Source of the DNA: Burkholderiales bacterium
Lineage (GTDB): Bacteria; Pseudomonadota; Gammaproteobacteria; Burkholderiales; SG8-39
Direction of reading: 5' to 3'
Length of the DNA: 55,448 bases
Assembly (NCBI GenBank): GCA_038903735.1
Contig: JBCKLP010000003.1
Span: forward strand, 1 to 55,448
Shown here: in pieces, positions 48,009 to 55,448 of the stretch
Layout: every line of letters starts with the position of its first letter
Numbering within the stretch: the first letter of the stretch is position 1
The notes under the pieces: model-generated
What the model saw: only the letters and a program-made list of their open reading frames with translations
Told to the model about the DNA's origin: nothing
Database searches by the model: none
Made by a program: the position numbers and the translations under genes

Positions 48009-48395
48009 TCACGGCGTTCGGCGCGCCGCTGAAAGACTGCGTCGGCGGGCAACCGAGACTGCCCGCGAGCCAGCGAATCTCGGGCGCCGACGGCGCCTTC
48101 GCGGGGGTTCTGCTGGCGCTGCTCGAGGTGGCAGAGTTGTAGAGTTTTTACGACAGTGTCGACAAAGGCAAGGAGGGCGGGGTAGCACTGTTCCTGCGTT
48201 CGGGCTGGATCGCGGCGCGCTCACCCTTTGACGAAGCGGTGCAGGCGCGGTGCTGGAATGACTCGCCGATGTTCCGCGAGCATCTGCCCCAGGCGCATCG
48301 CCCTGATGCACGGCGGCGATGTGAATGTGGAAAGTGAACCGGGCTCGGGCAGCGTATTCCGCCTGCGCCTGCCGCTCGAACCCAAGGAGGTGTTA
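48009..48395 (+). pseudogene. Sensor histidine kinase remnants (Cache-like piece plus HATPase end)
   Basis: SQRISGADGAFAGVLLA...*SFYDSVD..EGGVALF and LMHGGDVNVESEPGSGSVFRLRLP. Confidence 0.65.
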
Positions 48396-48424
48396 TGGCG
48401 GCACGAAAACCCCCGCGCATCGCG

Positions 48425-49070
48425 TTACCCCTGCATGCCGGGTACCACGATTTCTATTTTGCGAGCGGTGAGCTGCTGAAAATGCTTGGGATTGAAAGTC
48501 AGGAAAACCCCGACCCCGGCTTTGGCGAGGCACTCCGCGATCAGCGCATCATAGGTCTGACCGCCTGCGATACCGGCATCGGCCGCCGCGAGCAAAAGCT
48601 GGCGATAACCCGGGCCGTCGATGGAGGCCACGCGGCGGCGCACCATGAAGTTCGCATCGAGCAGTGCAATCGCATCAGCGGGCGCCAAGCGATGCTGCGC
48701 CGGCAGGCGTGTGAGCACCGCGTATGCCTCGACCAGCGCAGGGCCCACCGACCAGCAATTCTAAATGTGAGCCGATCAGGCAGTTAAAGACCTTGATTTG
48801 ACGAACGAACTGGATTTCCGTCTGCGCGGGAATGACGGTAATTCAAAGGGTTAGCACCAGAACAAATTCACCCGCAACACACCGTGCCCCCCGTGCCTCC
48901 CGAGTTGAACAGGGGGCATCGCCACATTTAGAATTGCTGCCCACCGACACCATGCGCTCGCTCCGCTGAAGGCGCGTATTGAGTTCGGCCGCGGCACGCT
49001 CGTGAAATTCGTGCCAGCGACATACCGCCGCGATCATGCAGTTCGTATCGCAGGCAAAGGGCGACGCCAC
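48425..49070 (-). pseudogene. vapC: VapC/PIN toxin interrupted by a MITE
   Basis: CDTNCMIAA...MVSVG|PALVEAYAVLTR...YDALIA...LTFNPKHF; removing the element and one target copy gives a continuous 149-aa ORF. Confidence 0.88.
48753..48939. mobile_element. 187-bp MITE with 17-bp terminal inverted repeats and a 9-bp target-site duplication
   Basis: CAGCAATTCTAAATGTG...CACATTTAGAATTGCTG; CCCACCGAC at 48744-48752 and 48940-48948. Confidence 0.93.
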
Positions 49071-49076
49071 GTGGCG

Positions 49077-49340
49077 TCAGCGCCGCGAAGCACGCTCGGC
49101 ACGTATTGCCGCGAGCGTGCGTTCGACCGTTTTGCCGGCCAGCCGCGGCGTCGCTGCCGGCGCCTGGGCGACCAGCAGGCGGCCGCGCCGGGTAAGCGTG
49201 ACCGGAATCGGCGCGGGCTCGATCTCGATGCGCCCATCCTGGCAGCGCACCTCAACCGCCATCGCCGCCAGGATTTGGGCTTCGCGCCGGATTTCCTTCG
49301 GGATGACAATGCGTCCGGCGCTATCTATGGTCGTTTTCAT
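49077..49340 (-). CDS. vapB: AbrB/MazE/SpoVT-type antitoxin (VapB)
   Basis: MKTTIDSAGRIVIPKEIR...GRIEIEP. Confidence 0.88.
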   Translation of the reverse strand: MKTTIDSAGRIVIPKEIRREAQILAAMAVEVRCQDGRIEIEPAPIPVTLTRRGRLLVAQAPAATPRLAGKTVERTLAAIRAERASRR

Positions 49341-49432
49341 GGCACAAAATTTACCATAAAAACTGGCAAGGGCAGCGAATTTCGTCTACGAATTGCGTCT
49401 ACGCCTGCCGCTCGAACCCAAGGAGGTGAATC

Positions 49433-49560
49433 ATGCATGAAGGAAGAATACCGCGCGTTCTGGTGTTGGATGACGAAGATCCCAACCGCCGCCTGCTGCA
49501 GGCGCTGCTCGCGTGCCAGGGGTATCGCGTCGCCGCGGCACGCGCTGGAACGGCGGCGGC
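49433..49560 (+). pseudogene. Receiver-domain N-terminal remnant
   Basis: RVLVLDDEDPNRRLLQALLACQGYRVAAA following an AAGGAGG RBS; end is approximate. Confidence 0.65.
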
Positions 49561-49584
49561 TTTCCCGCGGGGCTCGCGGGCGAA

Positions 49585-49945
49585 GCGATACCGCTCGCGT
49601 GTCGCGCTTCGGCCAAGCAGAGGACGGCAGTCACCATGGGCGAGGACGGATGTCCCGAAGCGGCGTCATTGAAGTCGTCGTAATCCAGCGCGTGTGCCGA
49701 TGCGCCATTCACCAGCGCCGCGTCATGCAGTCCGAGGCGTTCGCTGCGTCCGATGAGCGTTCCCGTACCGCATGCGCCGCGATCCAGTGCATCGGCGACC
49801 AGAGTGTTTACCACCGGCTCCTGCGCGCCGGCAAGTGCGACGGCAAAGTAGTCGAGCAGGCACTGGCGAACCAGTTCAACGACGTCAGCAGGCAGCGATG
49901 CGGCCGTGAAGTGGCCGGTGCGGTGGATGATCTCCCGCGTTAGGC
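49585..49945 (-). pseudogene. MmgE/PrpD family N-terminal remnant
   Basis: CLLDYFAVALAG, AALVNGASAHALDYDD...GHPS, then truncated; boundaries approximate. Confidence 0.8.
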
Positions 49946-50058
49946 GCTGTAAACAAATAAACGTATCAACTTTTGATTTATCCAGCTCAGGCATTTAGCA
50001 GTGATATGAGACGTTTATTTATTTCCTGCGCCTTACGGGAAGCGCGGCTTCGTGAGAT

Positions 50059-52155
50059 TCACTCACCGCCTAGCCGTTGGCTTTCAAGGGCAGCGCTGTG
50101 GCCAGCACGCTGGATCAGTGTGTCCCAACCCGTATAACTGTCGGGCAAGCTGCCGGCAAGCTCCACGGATTTAGCCAGCGCACGCAGCCTTGTGCTGTTC
50201 CAGCCTTCGGTGCGCGCGGCAAGTTGCGCGAGCAGGGCGGCATCAGGTTGATATTGGGCCAGGTAAAGGCCGAGGATGGCGACGCGCTCGGTCGCGTTCG
50301 GTGGCGCGACTTCGAGCAGGGTGCCCAGCCGTCCGGGCTGCAGCAGGGCCGGATCGATCAGATCGACGCGGTTGGTGGCAGCAATGACGGCCACCTGCGC
50401 GTCAAGATCCAGGTCATCCAGCTCGGCGAGCAACTGATGCAGCACCCGCTCGGTGGTCCAGGTGCCGGTGCCGCGGCCGCGCACCGGGGCCACGGCATCC
50501 AGCTGGTCGAAAAAAATCACGCAGGGGGAGAGCTCGCGAGCCAGCTTGAAGACATGGCGCACGGCTTCTTCGGATTCGCCCAGCCATTTGCTGAACAGTT
50601 CCGGCCCGCCCACCATCACCAGGTTGACACCGGCTTCCTTCGCAACGGCCCGGGCCAGTTGCGATTTGCCGTTCCCTGAGGGGCCGTGCAGCAGCACGTT
50701 GTCGATGATGGGTATGCCCGCGCGCAAGGGCTCGATCAGCATCTCTGCGAGGCGCGCCTTGACTGCAGTGAGGCCCGCGATGCTCTCAAAGCCGCGGTCG
50801 GGAATGGTCACCAGCGTGGCGCGCGCAGCCGAGGGCCGGCTGCGCCGGCGCGCGGCAATGAAATCATCGCGCTTCACACGCAGGGTCTCGGGCTGCCATT
50901 GGCTGGGCGAGCCCGAGGCTGGCCGGTGGCGGCGCAGCGCGTGCATGCCGGCTTCGCGGCACAGCGCCATCAGGTCCGCGCCGACGAAACCCGGTGTATC
51001 GGCGGCGAGCTGCGGCAGATGCTCGCGCGCAAAGCGATCCAGCGGCATTTCTCGGGTGTGGATATTCAGGATCTGTTCGCGCCCGGCGGCATCCGGCGGG
51101 CCGATATACAACTCGTAATCGAAGCGCCCCGGCCGACGCAGTGCGGTATCCACCACCTCCAGGCGATTGGTGGTTGCCAATATCACCACGCCATCCACCT
51201 TGGTCAAGCCGTCCATCAGCGACAGCAACTGGGTCACCAGCCGGGTGTCGGCGTGCGAGCCGCTTTCGCCGCGCTTGGGCGCGATCGCATCCAACTCGTC
51301 AATGAAGATCACCGAGGGCGCGTGGTGCACCGCCTCGCCGAAAATGCGGCGCAGGTTGGCTTCGCTTTCGCCATAAGTGCTGCCGACGATCTCGGGGCCG
51401 TTGATGTGAAAAAACTGCGCGTTGACTTCGTTGGCGGTGGCGCGCGCCAGCAGCGTCTTGCCGGTGCCGGGAGGCCCGTAGAGAATCACGCCGCGCACCG
51501 GCGGTATGCCCACCTGCCGGTAGATGCCGGGAAACTGCAGCGGCAGTTGCACCGTTTCCTTCACCATGGTGATTTCGCGCTCGAGGCCGCCCAGTTCGGC
51601 GAAGCTCACCTCCAGCGCCACATGCCCTTTGAAACCGTCCGGCGCGGTATCGAGCACCACATCGGTATTCTCATCCACCACGCCGGCGGAGGGTTGGACT
51701 TCCACCACCTGAAACAAAGTGCCCGCGACCGAGTGATGGAAATGCAGGAAGAGAAGCGCGCCCTTGGTGACCGGGCAATGCTGCTCAACCATCTCCTCCT
51801 TCAGGTGCTCCTCAATGTGATGCGCCGAGGTGGCGCCAAGGTCCACTGCCGGTTGCAGCCTGACTTTTTTGACCGGGGGCGCCTGCGGCTCGGGCTCCAG
51901 TTCCACGCTGGAGTACAGGCGCACACCCAGGGCCTGGCGCTGGAAGCGGTCCAGGCGCACTTCGCCACTGCCGGTGTCGTCGGCGACAGGCTCATCGACG
52001 CGAACCAGAATTTCGCGCTGAAAAGTCATCACGCGCAGGAGGTCGCCCGGCTTGACCCCGTGCTTCTGCATCAGCGCCGGATCGATGGAAGCGAATGAGG
52101 CGCTGCTGGCGGCGTATTCGCGCAGCGAAGGGGCCACGCGCAGTTCAATGCTCAT
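50059..52155 (-). CDS. Cdc48/VAT-like double AAA+ ATPase
   Basis: N-domain, D1 GPPGTGKT / IFIDELD / RRPGRFD, D2 GPSGNGKS / IFFDQLD / LQPGRL, SKWLGESE; ATG at 52155. Confidence 0.9.
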   Translation of the reverse strand: MSIELRVAPSLREYAASSASFASIDPALMQKHGVKPGDLLRVMTFQREILVRVDEPVADDTGSGEVRLDRFQRQALGVRLYSSVELEPEPQAPPVKKVRLQPAVDLGATSAHHIEEHLKEEMVEQHCPVTKGALLFLHFHHSVAGTLFQVVEVQPSAGVVDENTDVVLDTAPDGFKGHVALEVSFAELGGLEREITMVKETVQLPLQFPGIYRQVGIPPVRGVILYGPPGTGKTLLARATANEVNAQFFHINGPEIVGSTYGESEANLRRIFGEAVHHAPSVIFIDELDAIAPKRGESGSHADTRLVTQLLSLMDGLTKVDGVVILATTNRLEVVDTALRRPGRFDYELYIGPPDAAGREQILNIHTREMPLDRFAREHLPQLAADTPGFVGADLMALCREAGMHALRRHRPASGSPSQWQPETLRVKRDDFIAARRRSRPSAARATLVTIPDRGFESIAGLTAVKARLAEMLIEPLRAGIPIIDNVLLHGPSGNGKSQLARAVAKEAGVNLVMVGGPELFSKWLGESEEAVRHVFKLARELSPCVIFFDQLDAVAPVRGRGTGTWTTERVLHQLLAELDDLDLDAQVAVIAATNRVDLIDPALLQPGRLGTLLEVAPPNATERVAILGLYLAQYQPDAALLAQLAARTEGWNSTRLRALAKSVELAGSLPDSYTGWDTLIQRAGHSAALESQRLGGE

Positions 52156-52171
52156 GTCATGAGTCCTTGCA

Positions 52172-53260
52172 TCAGGCCGGATGCGCAGCGCGGTACTCGG
52201 GGCAGGGCTGCAGTTCCTCAAAACCCGATTGCCGGTCCACGCCGGTGGTGTGCACCAGGTTGCGCTCCATGCAAACCAGGCGCACCGGCGCTGATCCGGT
52301 ATTCACATGACGGAACACCACGCCCTCGGGAAAGGTGGGCAGGGTCATCACATCGCCCGCCTTCCAGACGTGGCGCACGCCGTCCAGTTCGGTGTAACCC
52401 TCGCCGTCGGTGATGTAGAACACGACATCGCCGCCATGTCGCTGCACACCGCTGCGGCTGCCGGGCGGAATTTCCTGGCGGTAGAAGATCTGGGTCTGCA
52501 CTGCGGTATAGGCAATGCAGGGGTGGAGGTACCACTGCATCCTGCCGTGGGCATTGAGTTCCCAGGGAAGCTCGTCGCCGCGTATCAGGAAGGTGGTCTG
52601 TTTCAGGCGTTCGCGCTGGATGTCGCGCAGTTCCATCAAGCGGTCAAAGAGATTCACATTGGCGAGTTCATCGGGCGAGGTCACCAGCGGCACCTGCTCG
52701 CCGCTGACGGTGGCCTTCCATTCCTTGCGCACCTGCGCGGCCTGTTGACCCTGTCCGCCCGCGCCACGCAGCTCGGGCATTACGGACACCTGGTCGATGG
52801 CATTGGCAATGGTGCGTGCCACCAGCATGTCGCGAAAGGCAACCCAGCGGCAGCCCTTGGCGATATCCCGGTTCCAGTGCTGGTGGCTGGAACCGCCCGG
52901 CTTGATCGGCAGGAGCAGCAGGTCACCCGCCTGCCATTCGAGAATCTCGTCATCCGTCTCGGTACGGCCGTGGCCTTCGAGCACGTAGATAATGATGCCG
53001 CCCTGATGGCGATGGCGCCCGGACTGGTTCTTCACCAGGTGCTCGAACACCGCCCAGCTGCTCACCGCGGTGTCCTCGATGAAGGGGATCAGGTAATACT
53101 TGAGAAAGCCCTGGCGTGATGCCTGATACTCCAACTCGTCGCCGCGGATGAGAACCTTGCCATTTTTCTCGCGGTCGCTCCATTGCTTGTAGTAGCGCAT
53201 CACCTTTTCATAGGTGGTGTTCTGCAGTGCGTCGAGGTCTTTTACGCGTTCGCGTTCCAT
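52172..53260 (-). CDS. Bicupin protein (gentisate dioxygenase-like architecture)
   Basis: SGRHRH...YVLEGHG...W..GD...HQHWN and a second repeat SGVQRH...W..GD...FRHVN. Confidence 0.82.
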   Translation of the reverse strand: MERERVKDLDALQNTTYEKVMRYYKQWSDREKNGKVLIRGDELEYQASRQGFLKYYLIPFIEDTAVSSWAVFEHLVKNQSGRHRHQGGIIIYVLEGHGRTETDDEILEWQAGDLLLLPIKPGGSSHQHWNRDIAKGCRWVAFRDMLVARTIANAIDQVSVMPELRGAGGQGQQAAQVRKEWKATVSGEQVPLVTSPDELANVNLFDRLMELRDIQRERLKQTTFLIRGDELPWELNAHGRMQWYLHPCIAYTAVQTQIFYRQEIPPGSRSGVQRHGGDVVFYITDGEGYTELDGVRHVWKAGDVMTLPTFPEGVVFRHVNTGSAPVRLVCMERNLVHTTGVDRQSGFEELQPCPEYRAAHPA

Positions 53261-53478
53261 GCTGGGCTTTCAGGTGATAACTGACTGTCGCATACCGCGA
53301 TCAAGGGCGACAACTGCAGTGAATGTCAGGCTGATATTTCTGTCGAACCCCGGCGTGCGACCGTAGTTGTTTCTTGCGGGTAATTCACGAAGGTCCAAAG
53401 TATAGGATGATTACTGCTTGATCCGCGCCGTTCGGGTTGCAAACCGTTCGGCGCTTGCATTTTAAGCAAAGGAATTCC

Positions 53479-54759
53479 ATGTCCCGGCTGGCGAGCATCT
53501 ACTCCGATTTCAAGATTCCACCGCTGATCAAACGCAATACCATACTGTTCGCGTTGTCCCAATCGTTCAGCGGCGCCGGCATGCAATTCGCCTACGGGCT
53601 GGGTCCCCTGATGGTTCTTTCCCTGACCGGTTCGGCTTCCCTGGCAGGGCTGTCGGTGGGGCTGATCGGGCTTTCTCGCTTTCTCGCCTCCTATCCGGTG
53701 GGCAAGATCACCGATGCATACGGGCGCAAGCCCGGCATTATTTTCGGCCTGAGCCTGGCGCTGATTGGCGGTCTCATCTGCGGCGCATCGATGAGCTTTT
53801 CCAGCATCTGGGTATTCATCCTGGGAATGACGATTTTCGGCATGGGCATGAGCGGCGTGCAGCAGTTGCGCGTGGCGGCGACCGACATGTATCCGCATTT
53901 TCACCGCGGCCAGGCGCTGGGCTATCTTGCACTGGGCGCACTGGTCGGACTGATTTACAGCCCGCTCATCATCACCGGATCCGAGAAATTTGCACTGGCC
54001 AATGGTTACGAACCCCTGGCGCTGCCATGGTTCCTGCTGCCCGTCATGATCATTGCAAGCATGGCCATGGTGTATTTCGTGCACCCCGATCCCAAGGAGA
54101 TCGGCATGAATCTCGGCCGCTATTATCCGGGCTACACGCCGCCGCCACGGGCAAAACCGGCCGGAGGGGACGAGAAATTCAGCGCCAGGGGCTTGATGCG
54201 CCATGTTCCCACGCGCATGGCGATCATTTCCAATGCGGCGGCCCAGGGCAATATGTCGATCGTCATGGTATTGACCTCGCTGGTCCTCGCGCATCATGGA
54301 TCCTCCCTCGGGGCGATCGCCTTCTCGCACATGTTTCATGCCGCGGGCATGTTCGCCTTCACCATCCCCCTTGGCAAGCTCGCTGACCGGCTGGGTCGCG
54401 AGATGGTCATGTATCCCGGCGTCTTGGTGTCGCTGGTGGGGGCAATACTGGTAGCCTTCACCGACGGCTCCTACGTGTTCGTGACACTGGGAACCTTTCT
54501 GGTCGGCCTGGGCTGGGCGGCCGCCAACGTGGCAGCGACCGCGATGATTGCCGATCATGTCGAGACCGACCAGCGCGGCCGCGCCATCGGCGTCAATGAA
54601 AGCTGTGCCGGGGCGATCAATGTGCTGATGGCGCTGGTGACCGGGCCCATATTGCAGTGGTCCGGACTGCCCATGACGGGCCTGGTGGCGGTGCTGGTGG
54701 CGCTGCCGCCCCTGGTGATGTGGGTGGAGCTTCAGGTGCGCGCGCGCAAGGCCCTGTAG
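53479..54759 (+). CDS. MFS transporter
   Basis: GKITDAYGRK and GKLADRLGRE motif A; AAGGA RBS before ATG 53479. Confidence 0.9.
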   Translation: MSRLASIYSDFKIPPLIKRNTILFALSQSFSGAGMQFAYGLGPLMVLSLTGSASLAGLSVGLIGLSRFLASYPVGKITDAYGRKPGIIFGLSLALIGGLICGASMSFSSIWVFILGMTIFGMGMSGVQQLRVAATDMYPHFHRGQALGYLALGALVGLIYSPLIITGSEKFALANGYEPLALPWFLLPVMIIASMAMVYFVHPDPKEIGMNLGRYYPGYTPPPRAKPAGGDEKFSARGLMRHVPTRMAIISNAAAQGNMSIVMVLTSLVLAHHGSSLGAIAFSHMFHAAGMFAFTIPLGKLADRLGREMVMYPGVLVSLVGAILVAFTDGSYVFVTLGTFLVGLGWAAANVAATAMIADHVETDQRGRAIGVNESCAGAINVLMALVTGPILQWSGLPMTGLVAVLVALPPLVMWVELQVRARKAL

Positions 54760-55155
54760 GGTGCTGGAGCAGGTTCAAGAGTGCCGCTGTCGCGCCGATA
54801 TCCGGGTCATGTGCGGCACTTGAAGCGGCTTGATTTGGGACAGGATCCCGTGCGCGGCCAACATCAAAGGGTTGCCGTCGCGCAACGCTCTTCGCCCTGG
54901 GCCGGGTTTGCCGCCGGTCGGGACGATAATGGCGCTTGTTGGTATGCTGTTCAGACGCTGAATCGGTTGCTATCCTGATCTCAAAGCCCATGGTTGAATT
55001 CCCAGTTGCCTTTTCCAACCTGCTGCGCGCGCGCGGTGAGTTTCTGGTGCGCATGGCCAATGCTGCGGAAACGCGTGAAATCCTGATGGAGGGCGCGCGC
55101 ATGCGCCAGCAACAGGCAGATGCCGGCCGCGTCGTGGATCTTTGAAGGGCCTGCA

Positions 55156-55448
55156 TTGAGTATTTTCCGGTCTGCCTGCCGCGCCATTCTTGTCATTACA
55201 GTCCTCTGGGTGAATACCAGCGTCCTCAGGGCGCAAACGCCTGCTGCTCCAACTAATAGTCCGGTGCCGGCGGGCGCGGTGTCTGACAGCGCGCGCGGGG
55301 TGCTGGAGCGGGCGAGTCCTGCCATCGTGCAGATCAAGGGATTCTTCGGCAGCAATACTGCGCAGGCATTTCACGGTACTGGCTTTGCCGTCGCCAAGGG
55401 TGGGTTGCTGCTCACCAATTACCACGTGGTCGCCGAGCAGGTGCTCTA
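55156..55448 (+). CDS. Trypsin-like (S1) serine protease, 3' partial
   Basis: Signal-like N-terminus, SPAIVQI...GTGFAV...LLTNYHVV. Confidence 0.8.
   Translation, partial: MSIFRSACRAILVITVLWVNTSVLRAQTPAAPTNSPVPAGAVSDSARGVLERASPAIVQIKGFFGSNTAQAFHGTGFAVAKGGLLLTNYHVVAEQVL

Larger units (their letters stand above)
48366..49428. mobile_element. About 1-kb toxin-antitoxin islet flanked by 27-bp direct repeats
   Basis: CGCCTGCCGCTCGAACCCAAGGAGGTG at 48366-48392 and 49402-49428. Confidence 0.7.

Noticed and set aside
32404-52098. Long antisense ORFs (e.g. 32404-33735, 38055-39392, 45687-46805, 50686-52098)
   Set aside because: Typical shadow frames opposite GC-rich genes; no independent motifs.
54936-55145. 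Small ORF upstream of the protease
   Set aside because: No recognisable family or convincing RBS; may be a remnant.
1-55448. Integron integrase, transposase, tRNA or rRNA genes
   Set aside because: No tyrosine-recombinase, DDE or HUH motifs and no RNA-gene signatures were recognised.

Overview
GC-rich bacterial DNA, probably from a betaproteobacterium (inferred from the many Bug/TTT receptor genes). It has three parts. (1) 1-6970 is the distal end of an integron gene-cassette array: 11 cassettes, 10 complete attC sites and one truncated site, with no intI in the window. Cargo is Mrr, four recognisable type II toxin-antitoxin pairs, a broken AbiTii-like gene, a PstS-like binding protein, two orphan genes, and two paralogous cassettes that each encode a two-helix membrane protein plus an unannotated 27-28 aa membrane peptide. 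(2) About 7000-47600 is a catabolic and transport mosaic with no recognisable regulator: six Bug receptors plus two remnants, a TRAP transporter, MFS transporters, two Rieske oxygenases, LigZ-like and VOC enzymes, three GSTs, a sulfatase, ThDP enzymes, a CocE/NonD hydrolase, a divergent E1 alpha/beta pair and palindromic repeats. (3) About 47700-55448 holds a decayed two-component locus containing a direct-repeat-flanked vapBC module whose toxin is interrupted by a 187-bp MITE, an MmgE/PrpD remnant, a bicupin plus Cdc48-like AAA+ pair with a degenerate D2 domain, an MFS gene and a partial serine protease. Several single-base frameshifts may be sequencing errors. All family calls come from motif recognition, not database searches.
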